Shown here piece after piece: positions 22,977 to 31,578 of a stretch of DNA of 38,327 bases. Numbering within the stretch: position 1 is the first letter of the stretch; the number at the start of each line of letters is the position of its first letter. The translations under genes were made by a program, and so were the position numbers. The notes beneath the pieces were generated by a model that did no database searches, was not told where the DNA came from, and was given only the letters and a program-made list of their open reading frames with translations. The DNA comes from a virus, in IMG/VR virus record IMGVR_UViG_3300000894_000001. One strand, given 5' to 3'.

Positions 22977-23531
22977 ATGAGTGAAAGAATAAAAGTAAAA
23001 CTAGGTGAAGATTTATATAATCAAGTTACTGCTATTTTAAAACCTACTGAATTTGATTTATTGGAAGGATATATTCCAAAAAATCGATTTAATGAGGTAA
23101 ATAGTGAAGTTAAGACATTACGGGAACAAATTGAAATACATAAAAAAAATATTGATGATACTAAAAAATTATTAGAAAGTTCTGAGGAATTTAAAACTAA
23201 ATATATAGAACTGGAAAATAAGTATAGTACTGATTTAGAATCAAAAGATAAGGAAATAGCGAATATATCGAAAATATCGAAAATTAAAGAACATTTGTCG
23301 AAAGAAGGAGCAAAACATGTTGATTTATTGTTACCTAAAATCAGTTTAGATACTATAAAAATTGATGGTGATAATCTAATTGGTATTACTGATATAGTTA
23401 CTAATTTAAAAAATTCATATGGTGATTTGTTTAAATCTGAGACAAATAATTCTAATACTGATACCAAACCATCCGAAAAACCACCAATTACTGGTGAATC
23501 AGATTGGGCAAAGGTATTTGAGAAATTATAA
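22977..23531 (+). CDS. Scaffolding protein (putative)
   Basis: It is charged and coiled-coil-like, and lies between the portal and major capsid genes. Confidence 0.6.
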   Translation: MSERIKVKLGEDLYNQVTAILKPTEFDLLEGYIPKNRFNEVNSEVKTLREQIEIHKKNIDDTKKLLESSEEFKTKYIELENKYSTDLESKDKEIANISKISKIKEHLSKEGAKHVDLLLPKISLDTIKIDGDNLIGITDIVTNLKNSYGDLFKSETNNSNTDTKPSEKPPITGESDWAKVFEKL

Positions 23532-23545
23532 AGGAGTGATTTAGA

Positions 23546-24433
23546 ATGGCAAATTCATTAAGTTATGCAAGAGCCTATCTAGATATGTTGGATAGGATTT
23601 ACAAAGAAACGGCTGTCACTAATGATTTGACAGCAGCAGAGAATCAATATAGATTTTCAGCACAAAACGCACAGTCAATTTATTTAAGGAAAATGTCATT
23701 GCAAGGTTTAGGAGCCTATACAAGGGATACTGGTTATGACACAGGTACAGCAACAGTGACCTGGGAAAGTCATAGTTTTGGACAGGATAGAAGTAAAAAG
23801 TTTCAATTAGATGCAGTGGATGCAACAGAAGCAATGACAACAGTTGCTGAATTAGGTGCAGAATTTATGAGATGTTATGTAGTGCCTGAAATTGACGCGT
23901 ATAGGTTTCATAAAATAACATCTTTATGTAGTGTTGATACAACAGGTACTCTTACATATGATACAGTCATGGCGGCAATAAGAGCAGGTGTTAAAACTTT
24001 AAATGATGCTGAGGTACCTAGAGAAAACAGAATACTATACGTATCAAGTACAATTTATCAAGCAATGCAGGATAGTGGCGAATTCTATAAAACTATTAAT
24101 GTGCAAAATAACAATGGTGTAATTTCAACTGAGATCATGGAATTCGATGGGATGCCTATTAAACAGGTTCCATCAGCTAGATTTTATACTATTTTTGATT
24201 TTGCAACATCAGGTGCAGGAGGATTTAGTGTGAATGCTTCTGGCAAAGCGATTAATTTTATGATTGTTTACACACCTGCAATAATTGGTGTAGTTAAACA
24301 TATGGCTCCAAAATTAGTAAGTCCTGAATTAAATCAAAGTGCAGATGGTTGGTTATATGCGTTTAGGCTGTATCATGACCTTTTTATCGCGGATAATAAG
24401 GTTAATGGAGTGTATATACACTCGTTATCGTAA
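23546..24433 (+). CDS. Major capsid protein
   Basis: 295 aa, positioned after the scaffold gene. GC content and codon bias look typical of a highly expressed structural gene. Confidence 0.7.
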   Translation: MANSLSYARAYLDMLDRIYKETAVTNDLTAAENQYRFSAQNAQSIYLRKMSLQGLGAYTRDTGYDTGTATVTWESHSFGQDRSKKFQLDAVDATEAMTTVAELGAEFMRCYVVPEIDAYRFHKITSLCSVDTTGTLTYDTVMAAIRAGVKTLNDAEVPRENRILYVSSTIYQAMQDSGEFYKTINVQNNNGVISTEIMEFDGMPIKQVPSARFYTIFDFATSGAGGFSVNASGKAINFMIVYTPAIIGVVKHMAPKLVSPELNQSADGWLYAFRLYHDLFIADNKVNGVYIHSLS

Positions 24434-24448
24434 GGGATTGAGGCACTT

Positions 24449-24477
24449 TTGACACCAAGATATATTTAATATATAAT
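24449..24477 (+). promoter_or_regulatory. Perfect consensus sigma-70 promoter TTGACA-17-TATAAT
   Basis: TTGACA at 24449..24454, a 17-nt spacer, then TATAAT at 24472..24477. It lies about 38 nt upstream of the HNH-like gene. Confidence 0.65.
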
Positions 24478-24514
24478 AGTAATATTATAATAGATATAAG
24501 GAGATGTCAATATC

Positions 24515-25018
24515 ATGATTAGAAAAAAAGTTGGAGATAAAATAGGTAGATTGACAATATTAAAAGATACAGGTAAAAGGACTAAACGTGGTCATAAAAT
24601 TTGGTCAATGTATTGTGAATGTGGGAAAACAAAAGAAATTAGAGGTGATTCTACAGCACAATCTTGCGGATGCTTAGCAATCGAGATACAAAAAAAGATT
24701 GCTCCGCAAAGGGCTACAAAACACGGATTAGTATATAAGAATCCAAGATTATATAAAGTATGGCAAGATATGCGAAGACGATGTACTAATAGTAATTATA
24801 AGATGTATAAATATTATGGTGGGCGTGGTATAAGTATATGTGAGGAATGGGATGATTATGGTAAATTTTATGAATGGTCTATAAATAATAATTATTCAGC
24901 ACATTTAACTATCGATCGAATTGATACAAATGGTAATTATGAGCCGAATAATTGTAGATGGGCGACTAGAAAAGAACAAAGGATTAATCAAAATAAAAGA
25001 GGCTATTTAAACAATTAG
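24515..25018 (+). CDS. Free-standing HNH-like / homing-endonuclease-like DNA-binding protein
   Basis: RLYKVWQDMRRRCTNSNYKMYKYYGGRGISICEEWDDYGKFYEW...LTIDRIDTNGNYEPNNCRWATRKEQ is a widespread phage family usually annotated as HNH/AP2-like. An N-terminal CxC...CGC cluster is also present. Confidence 0.6.
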   Translation: MIRKKVGDKIGRLTILKDTGKRTKRGHKIWSMYCECGKTKEIRGDSTAQSCGCLAIEIQKKIAPQRATKHGLVYKNPRLYKVWQDMRRRCTNSNYKMYKYYGGRGISICEEWDDYGKFYEWSINNNYSAHLTIDRIDTNGNYEPNNCRWATRKEQRINQNKRGYLNN

Positions 25019-25126
25019 GTGATTAACACATGAGTAATGAAAAACAATTAGAACAGTTAATGATTCCTCCTATTTCTACAGAAACAAACAGGAGGAAATT
25101 AAGAAGGAAAAAGTTGGTGGTATTAA

Positions 25127-25387
25127 ATGGCAGTAAGTGAAAAAGGAAGTATTTTGAATTCAACAGGTGTATATGGTGGAAAATATATTTCGACAACATC
25201 TGCTATTACACCAGATACAGGGTATGTATTTTTTGCAATACAAGTTATATCAGATGCAGTTGTGACTTGTATTGGGAATATTACAGGTTTAACAAGTATT
25301 TCAATTGGTGCAGGTACTATTTTCTATGGTAAGTTTACGAGTATTACACTAACTAGTGGTACAGTTATAGCTTACCACGGAATATAG
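25127..25387 (+). CDS. Hypothetical (probably structural) protein
   Basis: 86-aa ORF with a GGTGG RBS, in the late operon. Confidence 0.6.
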   Translation: MAVSEKGSILNSTGVYGGKYISTTSAITPDTGYVFFAIQVISDAVVTCIGNITGLTSISIGAGTIFYGKFTSITLTSGTVIAYHGI

Positions 25388-25401
25388 GTGGTGATTATAT
25401 C

Positions 25402-26499
25402 ATGTTAGGTTTAGGTTTAGGTATCAATAGGGATACTATATTAAAAACTTGGCTTGAAAAGTTGAATGTCGTGTCTGCTTTTTTGGATACAGCAGAAACA
25501 AAGTATGCGAAGTCTAGAAATCTTTGGATACAAATAATTCGAGATAGCGATAGTGCAACTTTAGACGTTGGTTATGACTCAACATCTAGAGCAAATGCAT
25601 TAACTTGGAGTGCAGGCACTAGTAGTTATAAATGTAAAAGATATAATCAGATAAGTGGAAAAGCAGATATAACTATAAGTAGTTCATCTGATCAAGAATT
25701 GATTATAACTGGTGGAGTATGGGTTAATAATACAGCAAAGTATTGCTTGTTTGAGCCTAGCAAATCTGTGTTGTCGGTAATGGATATACCACTTAGCGTT
25801 AATGGTCGAATGAAAAATATGTCAATGGCGGCATATATTATACAAAAAGATGATAAGATTGCGATAACTGGCTATACATCGGACTATGTATTTCCGATTA
25901 AATGTTCCGCGGGATTAATGGATTTCGGATGGACTAATCTTAGTAACAGATATTGGTATTTAGCAGGGGGTAGTAGTAGTACAAATGCACGCCCTGGCGC
26001 AACATTAGGAGCAGGTGTGAGCTATTCATTTGGTACTAATATGCAAGATAATAATATAATATTAAATTGTTATAATACAGGAGTACGATATATAGGAAAT
26101 TTAAAAGATTTACCAAAATTAACATATTCTTTGATTTTAGATGATTTAAACAATATTATAGGTGATATTGTCGATATTCCAAAAGTTACACTTAATTTGT
26201 CTGGCTGGCATATGTACAACATAACAGGTGATTTTTCAAATGTTCCAGCCACATCATATTCGACTCAACTGCCATATAATAATATATCTGGTATTTATAG
26301 GGCATCATCGACAGCGATATATATAATAATCAATGGTACTCAAATGACTTCAAATGATACAGATCAGACACTTATATATTTGGCAGCAAACACCACAGTT
26401 GTTAGCGGCGGTACGTTGTATGTAAGAAACAATCGTACATCTGCAAGTGATGCAGCGGTTGCAAGTTTAGCAGGCAAATTTACAATAACTTATGTTTAA
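25402..26499 (+). CDS. Hypothetical structural-module protein
   Basis: 365-aa ORF. The C-terminal third has an LRR-like spacing (LPKLTYSLILDDLNNIIGDIVDIPKVTLNLSG), seen by eye only. Confidence 0.7.
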   Translation: MLGLGLGINRDTILKTWLEKLNVVSAFLDTAETKYAKSRNLWIQIIRDSDSATLDVGYDSTSRANALTWSAGTSSYKCKRYNQISGKADITISSSSDQELIITGGVWVNNTAKYCLFEPSKSVLSVMDIPLSVNGRMKNMSMAAYIIQKDDKIAITGYTSDYVFPIKCSAGLMDFGWTNLSNRYWYLAGGSSSTNARPGATLGAGVSYSFGTNMQDNNIILNCYNTGVRYIGNLKDLPKLTYSLILDDLNNIIGDIVDIPKVTLNLSGWHMYNITGDFSNVPATSYSTQLPYNNISGIYRASSTAIYIIINGTQMTSNDTDQTLIYLAANTTVVSGGTLYVRNNRTSASDAAVASLAGKFTITYV

Positions 26500-26511
26500 A
26501 GGAGGAATAAA

Positions 26512-26769
26512 ATGTCATATTTTTTAGTTTTCGACAACGAATCCATTGCAAATGAAACAATGGCAGAAATAAAGGTACTTATACATAATAGAGATTGGGA
26601 TACCCCAATTTATAATGTCTATGTGGATAAGTGGTGGGCAGAATCACCACAAGATCAGACACCGCCACGTTTCCCACAAACTTGGGAATTATGCGCGCCA
26701 TTTCGACAGGATTTGGAAGAGACTTGGTTTCAGAATCCAAATCCAGAAGATCCACCAAAGGAAATTTAA
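26512..26769 (+). CDS. Hypothetical protein (Trp/Pro-rich)
   Basis: 85-aa ORF with a GGAGG RBS. Confidence 0.65.
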   Translation: MSYFLVFDNESIANETMAEIKVLIHNRDWDTPIYNVYVDKWWAESPQDQTPPRFPQTWELCAPFRQDLEETWFQNPNPEDPPKEI

Positions 26770-26831
26770 TTTAATTTACAACTGGGAATGACGAAAATAG
26801 TTATAAAATAACTAAATAGGAGATGATTTAA

Positions 26832-27713
26832 GTGGCATATAGTCTTAAAGGCAAAATTGAAAGTATGGCAACTGCTATCAATGCAATATCAGGTACTACA
26901 ATCGTAAATGCTGCATCTAGTGTTGCAAGTACAGCGACAGCACTTGTAAATGCTGCATCTAGTGTTGCAAGCGCAGCGACAGTTTTAGCGGCAGCAAGTG
27001 TGGCAAGTGTCGGTACACAATGTACAAGTTTAGGTACACAATCAGCTAGTTTAGGTACACAATGTACAAGTGTTGGTACACAAACAGCAAGTGTAGGTAC
27101 TATAGCAAGTACAATAGTAGCATTAAGCACTGCAAGTAGAGTTGATAGTGTAGGAGTATTAGCTAGTACTGTAATCGCTGATAGTGCAGGTTCTAAAGCG
27201 ACTAGTGTTGGATTGGTATTAAGTGCAATGGTTGCATTATCTACATCTAGTAAGGCTGATAGTATTGGTGTACAAGTAAGCACTGGCAATAGTTTGGTAG
27301 ATAGTACAAACACTGCTTTAGGTAGCAGGGTAACAAGTAATGGTGTATTAGTAACTAGTGTTGGCACTTTAGCAAGTACAATAATCGCCGATAGTGCAGG
27401 TTCAAAAGCAACATCAGTTGGATTATTGGCAAGTGCTATTATTGCATTGTCTATCGCAAGTAAAGTAGATAGCGTCGGTGTCTTAGAATCTACTGTAATT
27501 GCATTATCTACAGCAAGTAGGGTTAATAGTGTAGGTGTACAGGCAAGTACAATAATCGCCGATAGTGCAGGTTCAAAAGCAACATCAGTTGGATTATTGA
27601 CAAGTACTATTATTGCATTATCTACAGCAAGTAAAGTAGATTCAGCAGCAAGCAGAATCGAATCAGCAACAGTAAGTATTTTATCTAAAATAGCATTATT
27701 ACCAAGTACATAA
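26832..27713 (+). CDS. Ser/Thr/Ala/Val-rich repeat protein (fibre- or decoration-like)
   Basis: GTG start after an AGGAG RBS. Four GTQxxSx heptads lie at 27012..27095. About 19-aa units follow (ASTIIADSAGSKATSVGLL / SAIIALSIASKVDSVGVL). A 171-nt super-repeat is present: 27372.. recurs at 27543.. Confidence 0.75.
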   Translation: MAYSLKGKIESMATAINAISGTTIVNAASSVASTATALVNAASSVASAATVLAAASVASVGTQCTSLGTQSASLGTQCTSVGTQTASVGTIASTIVALSTASRVDSVGVLASTVIADSAGSKATSVGLVLSAMVALSTSSKADSIGVQVSTGNSLVDSTNTALGSRVTSNGVLVTSVGTLASTIIADSAGSKATSVGLLASAIIALSIASKVDSVGVLESTVIALSTASRVNSVGVQASTIIADSAGSKATSVGLLTSTIIALSTASKVDSAASRIESATVSILSKIALLPST

Positions 27714-27750
27714 TATTTAAAATTTAAATTTGAAATAGGAGTGTAATTTT

Positions 27751-28770
27751 ATGATTATTTGTCACATAGCGCCCTTTGCTCCTGCTAGATGCGGATTATA
27801 TGAAGCAGCAAGGGACATGATAAAAGCAGATGCATTAGCAGGACATACAGTAATATTTATAGATGCTGGCGTATCATCAAATGGAGTACAAGAGACACCT
27901 GTCATTGGTGGTAAAGATGATAGGGGTAATTTTAGTTTAGTAACAGGACATCCAGATCAAATAAATGATGCTGATTTAATTATTATGCACACTGGATGTC
28001 CGGATGCATGGTTGGTTGGTACACAAACACCGTTGATTTGGACAGTTCATGGTAGACCGAAAGCATGTTTCTTACCGTCAAACGGTTCAAGTTACGAGTT
28101 ATACAGGACCGTTTCTAAATGGAAAAGGTCTAAAAAAATGTTGTATTTTTGGCCAGAATTTAAAGAAGATTGGGAATTTAATTTTAACGGTAAAGATTTA
28201 ATTTTAGAATTTCCAGTTATAGACCATGAAAGATTTTCACCTAAGGGTGAAAAATATAATATTATTAAAAAAGGACAAACTAATGTTCTAATTTGTGATT
28301 CAGACAGGGAAGATGTAGGACTTTATAATTTAATGGTTGGATTAATTAACACATCTAAACACATAAAAGGGTTGAAATTCCATTTTATTGGATGTTTTGA
28401 TTTTCCGATTTCAAATAGATACCAGATATTGATTGATAGGTTAAATGAGTTAGGGACATTGGGTGATGTGATCGGAAGGGTAGCGAATATTGAAACAGCA
28501 TATAGGGCAATGGATGTGTTAATATCACCTAATAAAATAATAGTTAGGACAATTGCAGAGGCATTAATGTGTAAATTACCTGTAATCGCTCAAAATGGAT
28601 GCAAAGTTGCCCATGTATGTTGTGATATGGATAATCCTGAAGATGTAAGAAAAGGATTTGAAATATTCTTAGATGATTCTAATTTTGATGACAGGTCACA
28701 TTTATTCACAATGGAAAATTATAGTAAAGTAATGAATCCTATTTATGAGCAGGTGGTTAAGGGGATGTGA
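27751..28770 (+). CDS. GT-B fold glycosyltransferase (GT1/GT4-like)
   Basis: The N-terminal MIICHIAPFAPARCGLYEAARDM...AGHTV is a Rossmann-like start. VIDHERFSP and DVLISPNKIIVRTIAEALMCKLPVIA resemble the GT4 C-terminal donor-binding region. Confidence 0.55.
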   Translation: MIICHIAPFAPARCGLYEAARDMIKADALAGHTVIFIDAGVSSNGVQETPVIGGKDDRGNFSLVTGHPDQINDADLIIMHTGCPDAWLVGTQTPLIWTVHGRPKACFLPSNGSSYELYRTVSKWKRSKKMLYFWPEFKEDWEFNFNGKDLILEFPVIDHERFSPKGEKYNIIKKGQTNVLICDSDREDVGLYNLMVGLINTSKHIKGLKFHFIGCFDFPISNRYQILIDRLNELGTLGDVIGRVANIETAYRAMDVLISPNKIIVRTIAEALMCKLPVIAQNGCKVAHVCCDMDNPEDVRKGFEIFLDDSNFDDRSHLFTMENYSKVMNPIYEQVVKGM

Positions 28771-28777
28771 TTACAAA

Positions 28778-29101
28778 ATGATTAAATTAGTAAACAATGT
28801 AGGAAAGTTTATGAAACAAATTGACGAAAATGAAAAGGCTGCAATGGAATTGATTGGTGAATTTGTAGTAAATAAAATGAAAACTTATGTTGCTGTAGAT
28901 ACGGGATATCTACAGTCAAGATGTGAATATAAGATAAATAGGAACGAATTGTTTATACAAAATGACGCTAGTTATGCTGGATATCAGGAGAATGGGACGT
29001 ATAAGATGAAAGCACATCCATTTTTTAGACCAGCAGTCTATAATCACATAGGAGAAATTAGGGATATTGCAGCAATGGCATATAGTAAAGGCATTAAATG
29101 A
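28778..29101 (+). CDS. HK97 gp10-like neck / tail-completion protein
   Basis: VDTGYLQSR...YAGYQENGT...HPFFRPA matches the gp10-family signature. The ATG at 28778, after the glycosyltransferase stop, is preferred to the track start at 28745. Confidence 0.65.
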   Translation: MIKLVNNVGKFMKQIDENEKAAMELIGEFVVNKMKTYVAVDTGYLQSRCEYKINRNELFIQNDASYAGYQENGTYKMKAHPFFRPAVYNHIGEIRDIAAMAYSKGIK

Positions 29102-29123
29102 GATGATTAAGGATGGTGATTGA

Positions 29124-29504
29124 ATGATATCATTTGCAAATTTAAAAAAATATATAGCAAGTAGGATTGATGCGGTTGTTTTATCAGATGTTTTTACAAA
29201 TAAATCACCTGCTAATAATTTTACAAATTATATAGTTATCACATTCCCATCATCAAGTTTTGATAATATCATCCAAGAAAATTGGATGGTTCAAATAGAT
29301 TTTTGGAAAAAATCTGATGTTGATAATGTTGATAGTACAGACATACAGTCAGATATTGAAAGTGTTAAAAGTTGTTTGAATAATAGTTATGATACACAAA
29401 TAGATGGATTTTACAGATGTTATATTGAATTTGAAAGTGAAATACCAGATCCAGATCCATCAGTATATCATTACCAACAAAGATATCAAGTAAAGGTTTA
29501 TTAA
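29124..29504 (+). CDS. Putative tail-completion / neck protein
   Basis: 126-aa ORF between the gp10-like gene and the tail-tube genes. Confidence 0.5.
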   Translation: MISFANLKKYIASRIDAVVLSDVFTNKSPANNFTNYIVITFPSSSFDNIIQENWMVQIDFWKKSDVDNVDSTDIQSDIESVKSCLNNSYDTQIDGFYRCYIEFESEIPDPDPSVYHYQQRYQVKVY

Positions 29505-29524
29505 CCTTAAAGGAGGTTTTATAT

Positions 29525-30622
29525 ATGGCAGTTGGAGTAGTGACACCAGTTGTACCAGTAGCCAATGATATAGTTTTAGGCGAAGTTAAATTATATGCCA
29601 ATTATGAATGTCCTGATGCTTTTGAACTAGGAGCATTAGAGGGTGGTATTAAATTAGACATACAAAGGAAAATTGATGAGATTAAATTTGATGGTGGATA
29701 TGGAATGTATTTAGATTCAGCAGGTATACCACTTAGAAGATATAATGAGTTTAACGTCAAAGTAACGGCTGAATCATTAGTATTAAAGTATGAAAACAAT
29801 AAAATAATTAGTAATTGCGAGACAACAGATACGGGTTGGGCTGCTAAAGATTGGGCTGCTACTGGTGGAACGTACACAGCAGAAACAACTTTAAAATTAA
29901 AAGGCGATCAGAGTGCAAAATGTGTAGCCAGCACAACACTTTATGGTATCCATAATGCATTTGTAACACCACAAAATCTAACTGTATTTGATAATGGTGA
30001 AACAGCAGCAACTTCAGATTATATTGCATTTGGAATTTATATTACATCAGGTGAAATTACTAATTTGGGTACAAGTAAAATAAGATTAAATGTACACAAA
30101 GATGCAGTGCCAACAGTTACTAACTTATATTATTATGATGTGGTAGCAAGTGCTTTAGTCGCTGGATGGAATGTATTTAAAATAGCAAAATCAAGTTTTA
30201 CCCAGACAGGTACAGCTTCATGGAGTGCAGTGACAGGTATTAGTTTTCAGTTAATTGGTGCTCCAAGTGGAACTACTACATTTTATGTAGATGCTATAAG
30301 TCTATTACAAGTTGTCACTAAAGGTACAATGTTACCTATAAATGGGGCAAACTTGACAATGACAGACCAAACAACATATAAAAGTATAGTTGGTGATTTG
30401 GAAATCACTGATGCTGATTACTTTGAAAATATCGCAATTGTAGGGCAAAAGCACGACGGTAAACAATTTATTGTAATTGTAAGGGATGTTTATAATGATG
30501 GTGCAATAAATTTGGCATTAAAAGAAAAAACACAAGTTGTAAATGGGACAGAATTTACAGGTCATTTTAAAGCAGGAAGTCCAACAACTTGCCCAATTTC
30601 AATCAGGGATTATACATCATAA
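29525..30622 (+). CDS. Major tail (tube) protein paralogue with large central insertion
   Basis: Its N-terminus (MAVGVVTPVVPVANDIVLGE) and C-terminus (IAIVGQKHDGK...KEKTQV...TGH...PTT) align by eye with the 180-aa ORF 30635..31177. About 175 extra residues lie in the middle. Confidence 0.65.
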   Translation: MAVGVVTPVVPVANDIVLGEVKLYANYECPDAFELGALEGGIKLDIQRKIDEIKFDGGYGMYLDSAGIPLRRYNEFNVKVTAESLVLKYENNKIISNCETTDTGWAAKDWAATGGTYTAETTLKLKGDQSAKCVASTTLYGIHNAFVTPQNLTVFDNGETAATSDYIAFGIYITSGEITNLGTSKIRLNVHKDAVPTVTNLYYYDVVASALVAGWNVFKIAKSSFTQTGTASWSAVTGISFQLIGAPSGTTTFYVDAISLLQVVTKGTMLPINGANLTMTDQTTYKSIVGDLEITDADYFENIAIVGQKHDGKQFIVIVRDVYNDGAINLALKEKTQVVNGTEFTGHFKAGSPTTCPISIRDYTS

Positions 30623-30634
30623 GGAGGTGTTAAA

Positions 30635-31177
30635 ATGTCAATAGGAGTATTTACCCCAGAAGTACCGGTTGCAAATGATATACTTTTAGGTGAAGGTACT
30701 TTATATGTTAACTATGGTGTTGCAGGTGAAGCGATAATTGGAGCGACAGAAGGTGGTAGTAAATTTGTAATCCAAAGAAAAGTTATAGATATGAAATATG
30801 ATGGTGCATATGGACCGACCAAAAGTTTAAAAAGAGTTGATTTATTTATACCGCAATTAATCATCAATTTCCTGAAATTAAATTATACTACACTGGGTTA
30901 TGGTGTACCTAGTACAGTAACCACATATACAACATACAAGGAATTTACATTTGATCTGGACATAGCTGCAGCAGATGTATTAACTAATGTTGCATTTATA
31001 GGGCAAAAACACGACGGGAAAGCGGTAAAGATAATAGTACAAAATTGTATTAATGATGGTAATATATCATTGAATTTTAAAGAAAAAACACAAGTAACTA
31101 GTGAGATGCAATACACTGGTCACTATGCAGCAGCAACCCCAACCACACCACCTTTTGAATTTAGAGAATATGTATAG
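30635..31177 (+). CDS. Major tail (tube) protein
   Basis: 180 aa, positioned before the chaperone pair and paralogous to 29525..30622. Confidence 0.65.
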   Translation: MSIGVFTPEVPVANDILLGEGTLYVNYGVAGEAIIGATEGGSKFVIQRKVIDMKYDGAYGPTKSLKRVDLFIPQLIINFLKLNYTTLGYGVPSTVTTYTTYKEFTFDLDIAAADVLTNVAFIGQKHDGKAVKIIVQNCINDGNISLNFKEKTQVTSEMQYTGHYAAATPTTPPFEFREYV

Positions 31178-31197
31178 TAAGAAAAGGAGAATAATAA

Positions 31198-31578
31198 ATG
31201 GATATTATTGATAGGAAAATAAAATATAAAGAATCATTTTATGTCTTTGATATGTTGTCATTACTAGATGCCGATATATTAAAAGAGATAATGAATAAAA
31301 CAACAAATAAAGATATGAATGATAAAAAATCAGTAGGTATTGATATAATTTTATTTATCATAAAAAATTTAAGAGTTGTAAAAGGTCCTTTAGATAAACT
31401 GATAGCATCTTATATTAATTTAGATGAAGATGCGGTTGGTGAACTAGATTTAGATGATATTATATTGGTTTTAAAATCATTGGTAAACAATGGTTTACCG
31501 AATATAATACTAGCATGGTTTAAAAATCAAGGTGTTGGTGCTGATTTTTTGGAGAAAACGGATGTACCGACAATTTAA
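31198..31578 (+). CDS. Tail assembly chaperone (gpG-like)
   Basis: Its position fits, and a T_TTT_TTG slippery heptamer near its 3' end leads in the -1 frame into the next ORF. Confidence 0.6.
   Translation: MDIIDRKIKYKESFYVFDMLSLLDADILKEIMNKTTNKDMNDKKSVGIDIILFIIKNLRVVKGPLDKLIASYINLDEDAVGELDLDDIILVLKSLVNNGLPNIILAWFKNQGVGADFLEKTDVPTI
31545..31551 (+). other. Candidate -1 programmed ribosomal frameshift site (T TTT TTG)
   Basis: The zero-frame codons are gat ttt ttg. The -1 frame from 31551 (gga gaa aac gga tgt acc gac aat tta atg...) is open and continuous with ORF 31578..31922. Confidence 0.45.

Noticed and set aside
23021-23467. Minus-strand ORFs inside the late operon (17438..17698, 21197..21424, 22355..22606, 23021..23467, 23619..23840, 26070..26252, 29365..29601, 29602..29877, 30898..31116, 31652..31939, 33494..34000, 34694..35050)
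   Set aside because: All are antisense to well-supported structural genes and have hydrophobic low-complexity translations. They have no operon context.
26828-27367. 179-aa minus-strand ORF antisense to the Ser/Thr-rich repeat gene
   Set aside because: It is a mirror image of a low-complexity repeat. The GC-richer, stop-poor sequence stays open on both strands. The ORF has no RBS, runs opposite to the whole late operon, and its composition is simply the complement of the sense protein.
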